This document shows positions 8,523 to 18,167 of a DNA stretch of 64,000 nt, piece after piece. Under the pieces are notes generated by a model that searched no databases, had not been told where the DNA came from, and was given only the letters and a program-made list of their open reading frames with translations. The position numbers were made by a program, and so were the translations under genes. Each line of letters starts with the position of its first letter. Within the stretch, counting starts at the first letter, position 1. Source of the stretch: a virus; the IMG/VR virus record IMGVR_UViG_3300042197_003319, positions 1 through 64,000 of that record; one strand, 5' to 3'.

Positions 8523-9803
8523 TTAGACGATCGTGCTGCGCAGGTGCCGGATCACATAACCCATGTGCGGGAAGATCGGCTTCGCACCGTTGCTGAACAC
8601 AGCACGGAAGTAGCCGACAGTACCGTCGGGGTTAGTTTCGCGATCCAGGATGTTCCTCCAGGTGAACTCACCGCGATAGCTCTGAGCGTTGAACTCCATA
8701 CCCTGGCCAATGCTCAACGGCTTGGGGACCAAGCTGGTGAACACTTCCGGCACAAAGATGATGGTGTCTTCGTGCGTGGCGTTCAGGTAGGCCGAGTTCA
8801 GCTCATACTTGAAGCCCTGCTTGTCAACGCCGTTATTCGTGGCGCGGACAAACGGGTAAACGCGGTTCCAGGTTCCGCCGCTGTAGGTGTAGCGGGGGGC
8901 AAACGCATCCACCAGGTGATGGTAGTTGCGGTAGCTCCGCTGCACACCGAGAGGCGCGAGCAGCTCGCTGACGCGATCGCTCCAGCGGAAGTCCTGACGG
9001 ATGTCCGCGTTGGCGCGAATGAGGGAGTCGCTGGTCTCGGGCGACATGATCGCCAGGAACACAGGGGCTCCGTTGAGCCGGTCGTAGGCATTGGCCCCAG
9101 CACCGTTGCGGAGCAGGTCCATATACACACGATCCAGGATTGTCTGGGTGAGCTGGGTGTCGCTGGCCGAAGCGGCGGCAAAACCGGTCACGCGGGTGTT
9201 GTTCCCGGTGGACAGCTTGCGGACTGCGCCAGTGATAGCCGTGTCCTCGCCAGAGCCGGCAGAAGCCGTGGAAGCGAGAAGCTTGTTCTCCGACTGGTCA
9301 ACGTACTGGTCACGATAGCGCTGGATCCAAACATCAGTGGTCGATTCGGTGAGAATCTGCATGATGTTCGACAGCTGCTCTTTCCGTTTCATCGGGAAGC
9401 GCAGGTCGTTCAACGAGACGTTAGGGGATTCCAGGGCAGCGTGCTCCAGGCCGTAGCGCCGGAGGGTCTGGCCAAACTCGATCGTTCCGCCGGAGGCGGG
9501 GAAGGATTTGGCATTGTCAGAGGTAACGCCGGTGCCGTTGTAGCCAAGCGTGGTGGAGTTGTCATACCCAGCTCCGTTGGCGGTCACCGAGCTCCAAGAA
9601 ATCTTGGGGCCGGAAGCCGTGTACGGGAGTGAACGTTCGTAAACAAGAACGGAGACAGTGTCGCCCATCTCATCCGGCCAAGCATCCTGCTTGACGAGTT
9701 TGAGCCAGGGGGACGTGTCAACGGTCTTGCGATAGATGTCGTCACCGATACGGTTGCTCTCTTGAATGAGCAACTGCTCGATGTTCGTATAAGTCGTAGC
9801 CAT
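8523..9803 (-). CDS. major capsid protein
   Basis: 426 aa; strong GC3 codon bias; GAAAGGA RBS; position after portal and scaffold. Confidence 0.8.
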   Translation of the reverse strand: MATTYTNIEQLLIQESNRIGDDIYRKTVDTSPWLKLVKQDAWPDEMGDTVSVLVYERSLPYTASGPKISWSSVTANGAGYDNSTTLGYNGTGVTSDNAKSFPASGGTIEFGQTLRRYGLEHAALESPNVSLNDLRFPMKRKEQLSNIMQILTESTTDVWIQRYRDQYVDQSENKLLASTASAGSGEDTAITGAVRKLSTGNNTRVTGFAAASASDTQLTQTILDRVYMDLLRNGAGANAYDRLNGAPVFLAIMSPETSDSLIRANADIRQDFRWSDRVSELLAPLGVQRSYRNYHHLVDAFAPRYTYSGGTWNRVYPFVRATNNGVDKQGFKYELNSAYLNATHEDTIIFVPEVFTSLVPKPLSIGQGMEFNAQSYRGEFTWRNILDRETNPDGTVGYFRAVFSNGAKPIFPHMGYVIRHLRSTIV

Positions 9804-9819
9804 TGTTTTAGTGTCCTTT

Positions 9820-9975
9820 CAAAACAGAGTTAAGAAACCGTAAGCCCATACCCACAGGATATGGCGGTCTCCGTGTTTGGTTCCCCCGGCGGCATCCCGG
9901 AGCTTTTATTGCCCGCGCATTAACCAGTTTTAACTATCCGGCGGCGGCCCGGACGTACGCCCGTGTCAAACAGGT
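9820..9975 (-). ncRNA. candidate structured 5' leader RNA of the capsid gene
   Basis: Multiple nested stems and a duplicated CGGGC..TCCGG-G-NN-GCCG-CCGG element (see findings). Confidence 0.45.
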
Positions 9976-10030
9976 TTAGCTAACTTAAAAATAACCCAAC
10001 CTGATTTTTGTCAAGCACGCTGGTTTTAGT

Positions 10031-10975
10031 TTAATTTATCAAGGCTTCGATAGTAAAGCTTGCTGGCGATGTCCAGGAATTTGGCGGAATGTAATCAGGG
10101 CTGTCTAACGGATTTGTCATTGATGTGTAAATTTCGCTAAAACTACTACCTTGGTTGCTGCACTCGTAACGGTTAAATCTCCAGACATTTGCAGAAGCAA
10201 GGGTTTTCCAGGAAGGATTTGAGACAAAGGTTGTCTTTGGCGGGATAATGAGCTCGCCGTAGCTAGTTTCCGAGCCGCTAGAAGTGTTATAAACATAAGT
10301 ACCGTAGTTTTTCCTATAAGCGTAGCCGCTCAGAATTCTTAACTCCGGGGATTCAATAAAACCGCCGGAATAAACACTGCCCGCAGCCAATTCGCCAGGC
10401 CCAATCTTTTGGTAAGTTCCTCGCAAAATGTTTGACCCGGGAATATTGCCCAGTCCGGTTACTCGTATTTGGTTTGTGCTAGAGACCGGTATTGGTATTG
10501 AGATAGGAGTTCCGCTAGACCAACTGTCCAGTGGGATATAGGTCGGGTCTGTAAAAGCATTTATATCCACAATTTGGTAATATAAATAGCATAACCTCCA
10601 GTCAATCGTAAAATACACCCTATACCAAACGTTAGCCGGAAAAGGTGGGTAGAAGATACCCTGTTGATAGTAAGTCGAATCCCCACCTACATAAGAATTA
10701 GGTTGCCCAATGAAAGAGCCTTCTGAAGCATAGCGATTGTCAAAGGTAGCGCCCGGCCCAAAATTACTGGTTTGGCCATAACCACCCCCAGATTGAAAAT
10801 GGACTAGTACCTCATTGACAAGATCGGGAGTGCAGTCTAAAAGAATTCCCTGATTCTTAGTATACAAAACATTACCGTACAAAATTCGATCTGTGCTTTC
10901 AAAAAACGCAAGGTTGACTGGGTTGTACCTGGCTATCTTTAAACGATTGGACAAGACAAACGGCAAACCTTTCAT
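10031..10975 (-). CDS. hypothetical low-GC accessory virion protein
   Basis: 314 aa, Tyr/Gly/Ser-rich; AT-richer than its neighbours. Confidence 0.6.
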   Translation of the reverse strand: MKGLPFVLSNRLKIARYNPVNLAFFESTDRILYGNVLYTKNQGILLDCTPDLVNEVLVHFQSGGGYGQTSNFGPGATFDNRYASEGSFIGQPNSYVGGDSTYYQQGIFYPPFPANVWYRVYFTIDWRLCYLYYQIVDINAFTDPTYIPLDSWSSGTPISIPIPVSSTNQIRVTGLGNIPGSNILRGTYQKIGPGELAAGSVYSGGFIESPELRILSGYAYRKNYGTYVYNTSSGSETSYGELIIPPKTTFVSNPSWKTLASANVWRFNRYECSNQGSSFSEIYTSMTNPLDSPDYIPPNSWTSPASFTIEALIN

Positions 10976-11015
10976 TTGCTTGAGGTTTTATACTAAAAAT
11001 TTTTAAACAATGTCT

Positions 11016-12290
11016 TTAAGCGGTTAGTATAAAATATTTTTTACTTGGGGCAGAGCATACGACATTAAGAGAATCTGTTGGGACAAAGGTAGTCTCAAAC
11101 ACAATTGTACCACCATTTTTTACAACTAACAAATCGTCATAGGTGGCAGTGGCACCAAAGTTTATATACATATCTGTGTCTGAAATGTTCTGGAAAAAAA
11201 GATATCTACGATTCGCGCTAAAAGAGCTTAATGGTGCTGGAGCAGGCTGGCTAGTGTTTGCCACTGCAGAGGTTGTGCCCCTTACCTTCACCACACTTCC
11301 GTTATGAGCCTGCACACGAAGAGGATTAGAATTTGAAGCGGTATTCGCCAGCGAAATTGGGAAGAGGTTGCTGGTCGAAACAGCCGCACCATTGACAAAG
11401 GTATTAGACGTAGCCACTACGGGTATTGGGTAACCAGAAGGAACACCCTGTACGCTAACTACATCTGGGGAAACTGATTGCGGAGTCCCAGTCCTGCCAT
11501 AATCAATAACTGCCCCGGTCGAATCAGTAATTTGAACTTTAGCTTTAAGATTGTTAGAATCCGACTGAGATACTACGACTGCAGAAGCTCGCAATTGGCT
11601 ATCGGTTAAAGGGCCTGAGACAGAAACAGGCGATGACCGTAATTGAGTATTTGTCAGAGGTCCTGTAACTGTCACAGGATTTTGCCTAAGCTCGTAGTCT
11701 GTAAGCGGGCCTGTAACCGTTTGAACGCTTGGCAGATTAACAACAGCTACATTTCCGTAGCTTACCTGAATGCTTTCAGGCATGTTGGAAACGGAAACAA
11801 CTCCGTTTATCGTTTGGTTTTCAGGAAAATTTTGAACCGAGACATTTTGGGAATTCGGGAAGGTGACCTGTATATTCTCTAAGGCTTCAAGACTCGAGGG
11901 CGCCAATGAAACAGAAACCGGGGAATTACGAAGTTGGGTGTCTGTAAGCGGCTGATTCAGACCGGTATTTGCAGTTACAGTTCCGGTTATTTCCTGAATC
12001 GTTGGTAGATTAGAAACAGAGACAGACCCGTCCACCGTAATCGAACCGTTATTGTCGGAAACCGGAACAGGACTATTTACGGATACGCCGTTTGCAACAT
12101 CGCTTCGAAGAGATTCAATTGAACCCTGGACCGAAGCTAACGTTGTCTCTGACGCGAGCGAGGACCCGTCAATCGTAACCGGGCCAGTAATTTCGGCGGC
12201 TCCGGTTTTAGCCTCGATCTTGTTTAAAAGGCTAACAGCTTTTCGTAACGAGGTGTCCGCCCCGTCATTGATGTAGGGCGAGTCGTCCAT
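11016..12290 (-). CDS. repeat-containing accessory virion (fibre/decoration) protein
   Basis: V/S/T/P-rich with 16-aa GPLTDxQLRxxPVxVx repeats; C-terminal ANRRYLFFQN..MYINFG domain. Confidence 0.65.
   Translation of the reverse strand: MDDSPYINDGADTSLRKAVSLLNKIEAKTGAAEITGPVTIDGSSLASETTLASVQGSIESLRSDVANGVSVNSPVPVSDNNGSITVDGSVSVSNLPTIQEITGTVTANTGLNQPLTDTQLRNSPVSVSLAPSSLEALENIQVTFPNSQNVSVQNFPENQTINGVVSVSNMPESIQVSYGNVAVVNLPSVQTVTGPLTDYELRQNPVTVTGPLTNTQLRSSPVSVSGPLTDSQLRASAVVVSQSDSNNLKAKVQITDSTGAVIDYGRTGTPQSVSPDVVSVQGVPSGYPIPVVATSNTFVNGAAVSTSNLFPISLANTASNSNPLRVQAHNGSVVKVRGTTSAVANTSQPAPAPLSSFSANRRYLFFQNISDTDMYINFGATATYDDLLVVKNGGTIVFETTFVPTDSLNVVCSAPSKKYFILTA
11570..11715 (-). repeat. three tandem 48-bp / 16-aa coding repeats, with a fourth copy near 11905-11955
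   Basis: GPLTDYELRQNPVTVT GPLTNTQLRSSPVSVS GPLTDSQLRASAVVVS; QPLTDTQLRNSPVSVS. Confidence 0.8.
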
Positions 12291-12296
12291 CTAGTT

Positions 12297-13595
12297 TTAG
12301 AGACCCCGTTCCAAAGCCTCCAGAAAACTGACGTTGGGGTCGGCCTTTGCCGTCTTCGCAACGGCCTGACCGGAACCTGCGCCAGGAGTGGCCTTCCTGT
12401 ACTCGGAAAGACTGCTCTTCAGGCTGGTAAGTTCCTGGTTGGTTTTGGTGATGTAGTCCTTAAATACCTGGACAACTAGAGGAAGGGACACTGCCTGGTA
12501 GGTCAGCATTGCCCTTTGGCGATGACCAAGAGGCTCGGCGTCAAGCTTCTCGGCCTGCGTGCGGAGTTGGTCGACAGTGTTATTCCAGGCCTCGTTGCCA
12601 TCCACTTTTTTAAGAAGCGGCATATCTTCCTGAAAACTTGACCACACTTCGCTAAAAGCTTTTTTGGCCTCAGCATCGTAACTTGCGCGACTAGCCCTCT
12701 CCTGCTCCTCCTCTTGCTTGGCGATAGCTTCCAGAGCTGTCTTGCTGTTTTTTAGAAGCTCATCTTTTTTGGAATAAAGAGAAGCAAGTTCCTCGACCTT
12801 GGTGCGGACGGCCAAAGCATCCACCGGGTCCATCTCTCCGGTAAGTTCCTTAAGAAGGACCCTACGCTTAACGCCGTCCGGCTCATTTGCAGCTTCCAGA
12901 ATGGCATTTGGCTTGGCTTCATAGGCCTTCGCAATGTCCACGATAGTCTGGGTTGTTTTTTGAATCGGCTCCCCGATGGAAGACTTGTATTCGCGGGTAG
13001 CCTCAATTTTAAAAACGCGAAGCTCGCTCTCAAGCTCATCGCGTTCTTTTTGGAATTGCTCCAGCTTTTGTTGGTACTCCTTGACCTGAGTATCCGTCCC
13101 AGCGTCACCGCCCTTGTTCTCCACAGTTTCGGTGCGTGTCGCGAGCTTGGACTCAAACTCCTTAAGTTTGGACTTCGCTTCACGAAGCTCCTTGGTGAGT
13201 TTAGCAAAAGCTGTTTGAGCCGCAGGAGGCGTAGCTTCGGGCAAAGCCTCTTCCTGGGGCTTCTCTTCAGGAGCTTCTGCCTTTTCCTCTTTGGCGGGAG
13301 ACGATTCCGTTTTCTCTTGGCCAAGCGAGCTAAGGCGATCGAAAATAGAATCGGGAGTCTTTAACGAATTGTCCTGACTCTTTGCCGGTTCGGGAGTTGT
13401 CTTTTCAACAGGAGTTTCGGCCACGGGCTTTGACGGCTCAGCTGCAGGAGCTTGGGCTTTGGCCGGGGCTTCGCGGTTTAAGGGGGTGGGTGCTTCGGTC
13501 CCAAGGGCTGCGTCCAAGGCTTCAGCCAAAGACATTGAAGCGTTGAGTTTGGGGGCCGCTTCCTGAGCGGTCGGTTCTGCGGTTGCTGTGGCCAT
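12297..13595 (-). CDS. capsid scaffolding-like protein
   Basis: Acidic, Pro/Ala-rich N-terminus; long coiled coils; lies between portal and capsid genes. Confidence 0.6.
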   Translation of the reverse strand: MATATAEPTAQEAAPKLNASMSLAEALDAALGTEAPTPLNREAPAKAQAPAAEPSKPVAETPVEKTTPEPAKSQDNSLKTPDSIFDRLSSLGQEKTESSPAKEEKAEAPEEKPQEEALPEATPPAAQTAFAKLTKELREAKSKLKEFESKLATRTETVENKGGDAGTDTQVKEYQQKLEQFQKERDELESELRVFKIEATREYKSSIGEPIQKTTQTIVDIAKAYEAKPNAILEAANEPDGVKRRVLLKELTGEMDPVDALAVRTKVEELASLYSKKDELLKNSKTALEAIAKQEEEQERASRASYDAEAKKAFSEVWSSFQEDMPLLKKVDGNEAWNNTVDQLRTQAEKLDAEPLGHRQRAMLTYQAVSLPLVVQVFKDYITKTNQELTSLKSSLSEYRKATPGAGSGQAVAKTAKADPNVSFLEALERGL

Positions 13596-13601
13596 GGTAG
13601 G

Positions 13602-13889
13602 TTACTCCTCCTTCTTGGTCTCTTCCCAGGGTCCTGGTAAAGATTCGCTCGGCCTTTTGATTTCTTTTAAAGCGTCGATGTTCCGGAGGGCGTCGTAATA
13701 CCCCTCGCGTCTTGCGTTTGCCAACGCGTTGTACTGAATTGGGTCAAAACCCTGTGGGATCTTAGTCTCTGCCGGAAGGGCGGCTTCTTTCAATACTTCC
13801 AGTCCGTGTTTTAGAGAGTCGTTGGTCTCCCAAAGTTTCTTCCACTCTGCCTGCAAATCGTCGCGTTTTGCCCATTCGTTTATGTTCAT
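13602..13889 (-). CDS. small hypothetical protein following the portal
   Basis: 95 aa, helical; position typical of podoviruses. Confidence 0.6.
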   Translation of the reverse strand: MNINEWAKRDDLQAEWKKLWETNDSLKHGLEVLKEAALPAETKIPQGFDPIQYNALANARREGYYDALRNIDALKEIKRPSESLPGPWEETKKEE

Positions 13890-13920
13890 ATGGTGCTTGA
13901 CTTTATTTTGTCAAAACGTT

Positions 13921-16152
13921 TTAGGCAAGTTTATTCTTACGGATCTTCTGGGCAGTCTCGGCGTCGCGAAGGGCAAGCTTTTGTTGGGCGTCAGTGACTT
14001 TGATACGGTTATCGATCTCGGCCTGGCGAAGTTTGATCTGGTTGTCCACGTTGGCCTTTTCCATGGCGATCCTCGCCTTCGGGTCAAACTGAGGCTGATT
14101 CGCACGGGCCCTGGCCATGGCTTCTTTTTGCGCCTGGGCCTGAAGCTGTTTTCCAATATTCTCAATCGCTTCGCGCATTTGGTTAAGCACCTCTTTCGCC
14201 ACCTTAACTTCCCTCTCCCGGCTTTTGTCTGCGGCCAAGGCTTGTAGGTGGGCCATGCTGTGCGGGTACTGTAACTTGAAATAATCCGCCGCAATCTTGG
14301 GATTGACCTGGTTTTGCTGGAGAGCTTGGAGAAACCGCACTGCATCCTGCAAATGAACGTCCAGATGGACAGCATGATTTTCGCCCTCCTGGACGCTGAT
14401 GCCCCTGCCCCCCTGCATGGCGTCGTTTTCGAGTTCGGCGATCTTGGCATCCACAGGAACCCGTTCAGTCTCGCTTTTTGGCATGTAGCGGTCGACCTGG
14501 TCGTAACCGACACGTGCCGCAACACGATCACGGATCAGGTTTCTTTGGCCAACTTCGTCGAACCTGGGCATAATTTGCATAAACTCGTCAAAAGCCAAAA
14601 GCCTGGCCCCAGGACTGCCTGCGCCAACCGCCCTGACCGCTTGGACGTGGTAAACCTTTTCTACGGCCTTCCACGGAACGCCACGGGCCTCAATGCGTTT
14701 ACGGAAATCAATCGCTTCCGGCCCACCTGGCTCGTCGGAACGATACTTCACCGTGGCCAAACGCCGGAACTGTTCGTTCAGAAGTTTCTGGAACGGGATG
14801 TAGTAAAGGTTCATGGCTTGCGTCGAAAGGATGGATTGCTGGGCTAGTTGGGCCTGAACTTCCGTGGCCGTACGGGCGTCGCCTTCCGGCATAAGCTGTT
14901 TTTGATTGTACGTGCCGGTGTTGTTTTGGCGAACCAGCTCGAGGTCACGCACAATTGGGAGCACGTTGCCGGCAAGATTCGGCATGGACTTATCAATAAC
15001 ATTGATCCCGGGCGGGAGGATGCTCAAGGGCCCGTTGTAAACCAGACCCATGTTGCTGACATCCTCACCGGTAGAAGGCTGGATCATCAAGGCGGAAGAA
15101 AGCATGGCTCCGTCAACAACGGCGTTCCGCAACCGGTTAGAAAGCTGGATGAACGGAAAGAGCTTATAGCCAAGACCGCGGATACTATGCAGCAAACCGT
15201 TTGACCCAATGCCGTACGGAAAGAGAATGAAGGCTTCATTGGGGTGGGCAAAGCGGTTGGGCTTTTGGAAAAGGAAATCGTCAGAGTCACCTGCCCGAAG
15301 ACCGATATAATGCGAAATAGACTGGTCGAATTCTTTGACAAAATAATGAACGCACCGAACCACCTTGGAGCGGGCATGCGAGTACATCAGGTCATTGTTT
15401 TTAAGCTCGGCCTGAAGCTTCTCCCAATCCCGGGTGGTTGCCCGTCCGCTTTCGGTAGATAGCAAAATTGCTCTGCGAGTCTCTTCGACATTCCATCCAA
15501 GCTCGGAGGCCACCTTTTCGTTTTCAATGAACTGGTACAGCTCTCCAACCAGATATTCGCGTTCGATAACTGCTATTTCTACCTTGGTGTCACAGGCGGG
15601 TGTTCCCCGAGGAACTTTAAAATCTTTCAACCCGCAGGTGTCCCACTTCCAGCTTCGGTTGTCCTCAAAATAAACAACGCCCACTCCTTGTGCGACAAAG
15701 TGGTGGGACAGAAGCTGCTGCTTGTAGAAAAATTCGTCCCAACCAACAATAGTCCGGTGGAACTCCTCGGAGATTATGTTCTCCCACTCGGCTCTTTGGG
15801 AGGGGTCTCCCTCCGAAGTTTTTACCGTGGCCAATCGATCCACGGAGTTTACCAAATCGGAGTAGGCGGACAGAGCTGTCTCAAGAGCTGCGGAAGCTTC
15901 ACCAAAATTAAGATTGGCCCGATAGCCTTGGCCGAGTGCTTTTAGCTTCTGAGGGGAATAGGGAGGCTCCCCATCCAGCATGGCCTGAATTTTTTGACGA
16001 TCCATCGACGAAGCATCATCTGCATTTCGGATCGCAAGGTACAAGGCATGGGCGCTTTTCGCGTCCTTGATTCTTGTACGCGGCGCTTTTCCGGTCTCAG
16101 AAAGATTTTCTAATTCAATGCTAGACACGTGTCTCCCGAGTTTAACACTCAA
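13921..16152 (-). CDS. portal protein
   Basis: 743 aa after TerL; RTATEV motif; coiled-coil C-terminus. Confidence 0.85.
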   Translation of the reverse strand: MSVKLGRHVSSIELENLSETGKAPRTRIKDAKSAHALYLAIRNADDASSMDRQKIQAMLDGEPPYSPQKLKALGQGYRANLNFGEASAALETALSAYSDLVNSVDRLATVKTSEGDPSQRAEWENIISEEFHRTIVGWDEFFYKQQLLSHHFVAQGVGVVYFEDNRSWKWDTCGLKDFKVPRGTPACDTKVEIAVIEREYLVGELYQFIENEKVASELGWNVEETRRAILLSTESGRATTRDWEKLQAELKNNDLMYSHARSKVVRCVHYFVKEFDQSISHYIGLRAGDSDDFLFQKPNRFAHPNEAFILFPYGIGSNGLLHSIRGLGYKLFPFIQLSNRLRNAVVDGAMLSSALMIQPSTGEDVSNMGLVYNGPLSILPPGINVIDKSMPNLAGNVLPIVRDLELVRQNNTGTYNQKQLMPEGDARTATEVQAQLAQQSILSTQAMNLYYIPFQKLLNEQFRRLATVKYRSDEPGGPEAIDFRKRIEARGVPWKAVEKVYHVQAVRAVGAGSPGARLLAFDEFMQIMPRFDEVGQRNLIRDRVAARVGYDQVDRYMPKSETERVPVDAKIAELENDAMQGGRGISVQEGENHAVHLDVHLQDAVRFLQALQQNQVNPKIAADYFKLQYPHSMAHLQALAADKSREREVKVAKEVLNQMREAIENIGKQLQAQAQKEAMARARANQPQFDPKARIAMEKANVDNQIKLRQAEIDNRIKVTDAQQKLALRDAETAQKIRKNKLA

Positions 16153-16161
16153 CGATTTTCG

Positions 16162-17913
16162 TCAAGTGACTGGCTGGTATACGCCCAAAACCTGACGGTC
16201 CCCGTAGGAGCTGACATCCAATTTTTTGGCCTGATTCAGCCAACCGTCACCACGGCTTAAGGCCAACTTAGCTCCGGCGTAAGCCCCCAGCCTTTGGCGG
16301 CAAACGTCGAGCAAGAGGAAGGCTGCGTCCGCCAAATCTGGAGATTTACCCATTCTGGCTTTCATGTCCTTCTTCGACTCAACTACAAGTTTCCCACCGG
16401 CCATAGTGCTGTACTTCCTAGCGGTCAGCTCCCTAGCGAGGTCAGGCGTAATCCCCTTTAACTGGTATGACCTTAAAAACTCAACGCCTACGTACCACAG
16501 TTCGGTAACCCGGTTGGCGAACTTCTCATTGGCAAGCACCGGAGAAACGGCGCTGGTCGGCAGATTGGTGGGCTTCTCGCCAAACTTCACCCTAAACACC
16601 CTGGGTGACCAAAGCTCGCTGATGATGTCGCAAAAAGGATCACCGGCTCCGGTGGCGTCAACCGCAAGATGTTCGGGGCGGACCCCCTCTTTCTCGCAAA
16701 TATCCTTTACCATCCTGGCAATCTGGAAGTTTCTTGGCTCATTGGCCTTGGTCGAGTCTTCACGTAAAAGATGCATTTTTTCAAAAGCCACCGTGGCAAC
16801 ACCGTCACGGCTTTTCCCAAAACTGCCGATATACAAAACAGATCGATCTCCACCGTTGGTAAAGGCCGGGTCAAATCCCGCTACGCGAACCGGCTCTTTT
16901 TCCCAAACCGGCAGTCCCTCCCCCTCGTACCTGCGGATGTCGGCTTCGGAGTAGATGTTTTGTTCCGCGCCGATGGGCGAGGGGTACGAGCGGATAAACC
17001 TCCAATACGAAAGGCTGTTCTCGCCTTGATGCTCCCTGGCGTCCCTCAGTTGCTTGGAGGTAAGCAAAAAGGGCCACTTGTCGTCGGCGTCAAGGTTTGG
17101 GGTCCTCTCACCGTCAAGGTGAACGCAATACCCACGCTGGGTCTCCCAGCCGTCCATGTCCGCGTTAACGCTGTTCCAGGTGTTCTTTGGGGCAATGAAC
17201 TGGCCGAAAGGATCGTAAGCCGAGGCAAAGTTACCTAGGGCAATACATTGAAAGAATGGGTTGGAGTCCAGGTTGTGGATGGCCTCAAAGATCGCCGGCG
17301 AGACATCTGTGGCCTCGTCGACCAGAAGCAGAACCCGCTTGTTTTTAAGCCCGATGAGTTTCTCTGTGGCTTCTTTTTCCTTGTCCTTGGCTGACGGGAT
17401 AAGGGTAATCGAAGACCGGTCACTGCCGGCTTCATCGAGAATCAGCTTACCCATCGAATCCACAATCCGCCCTGGGAGCCCCGGGATCTGTAAATGCCGC
17501 TCACGGATCACGCCCCACATGCGTTTCCGGGCCTCACGGACCGACGTGGTAGTGACTAAGACAAGCGTGTTAAAGGGGTCGCAGAGCCAGTTGATCAATC
17601 CCCAGATGCCAATGCAGTGGGTCTTGCTTGAGGACTTCGGCCCAGAGATTCCGAGGTAGTTCCATTTACAGGCCTCCTCAAAGATCCGCTCGGCCCAAGG
17701 GTTCCATTGGAAGCCGTTTTTGTTCTTCCTAGGGTCATACGGCCACAAAAGCTCAACTACCCGTCGGAAATGCCCGTACTTCCCAAGACCCCCCACTTCC
17801 GGCCCGTAATTCTCCCGAAACCCCATCAGCTCAATCGTGACCTCGGTTGTGCCAATTGGCCAAATTCTGCCGTATTTCTCAAAGCCTTCAGCCATAACCC
17901 AATGGGAAGACAT
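16162..17913 (-). CDS. terL: terminase large subunit
   Basis: Walker A-like GPKSSSKT; Walker B LLVDEA; nuclease motifs AGFDPAF..GGD, VDATG, SPDLADA. Confidence 0.9.
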   Translation of the reverse strand: MSSHWVMAEGFEKYGRIWPIGTTEVTIELMGFRENYGPEVGGLGKYGHFRRVVELLWPYDPRKNKNGFQWNPWAERIFEEACKWNYLGISGPKSSSKTHCIGIWGLINWLCDPFNTLVLVTTTSVREARKRMWGVIRERHLQIPGLPGRIVDSMGKLILDEAGSDRSSITLIPSAKDKEKEATEKLIGLKNKRVLLLVDEATDVSPAIFEAIHNLDSNPFFQCIALGNFASAYDPFGQFIAPKNTWNSVNADMDGWETQRGYCVHLDGERTPNLDADDKWPFLLTSKQLRDAREHQGENSLSYWRFIRSYPSPIGAEQNIYSEADIRRYEGEGLPVWEKEPVRVAGFDPAFTNGGDRSVLYIGSFGKSRDGVATVAFEKMHLLREDSTKANEPRNFQIARMVKDICEKEGVRPEHLAVDATGAGDPFCDIISELWSPRVFRVKFGEKPTNLPTSAVSPVLANEKFANRVTELWYVGVEFLRSYQLKGITPDLARELTARKYSTMAGGKLVVESKKDMKARMGKSPDLADAAFLLLDVCRQRLGAYAGAKLALSRGDGWLNQAKKLDVSSYGDRQVLGVYQPVT

Positions 17914-18160
17914 TAAGATTCGTCAAGATTTCGTCAAGATTTTTTAGGCCCTTTGCACAAAACGCTGATTTCGAAGTACTTCCCAAAATTGCACATTGGG
18001 CTAACGACCCGTCCTTGTAAGTCACTAACTTCCAACTATTTCCGTTAACTCCTTCAGTTAGAGTAAATTACCTGTGCAACCTGGGAAATGCAATGTGCAA
18101 CATTAAGCAAAGATTTCTGTTGACGCGTGTCAAGATTGTCAAGATACTGTGTCAAGAAAC
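17912..18160. promoter_or_regulatory. candidate attP / divergent control region
   Basis: TTGCACA x2 and inverted TGTGCAA x2 flank TAACT-N5-AGTTA; GTCAAGA boxes at both edges. Confidence 0.45.
18120..18148 (+). promoter_or_regulatory. sigma70-type promoter for the integrase
   Basis: TTGACG-N17-GATACT, about 20 bp upstream of ATG 18168. Confidence 0.55.
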
Positions 18161-18167
18161 TAAAACC

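Noticed and set aside
9530-9545. GTG tripeptides in other proteins (capsid YNGTGV, nozzle DTGTGQ, helicase DTGTGKT) as further cleavage sites
   Set aside because: They lack the [VIF][AS] prefix and [STR][PL] suffix; the helicase copy is its Walker A motif.
8544-9632. 362-aa plus-strand ORF antisense to the capsid gene
   Set aside because: Shadow frame produced by strong GC3 codon bias; no RBS or motifs. The same applies to 28564-29496, 39070-40323, 22051-22881 and 18555-19373.
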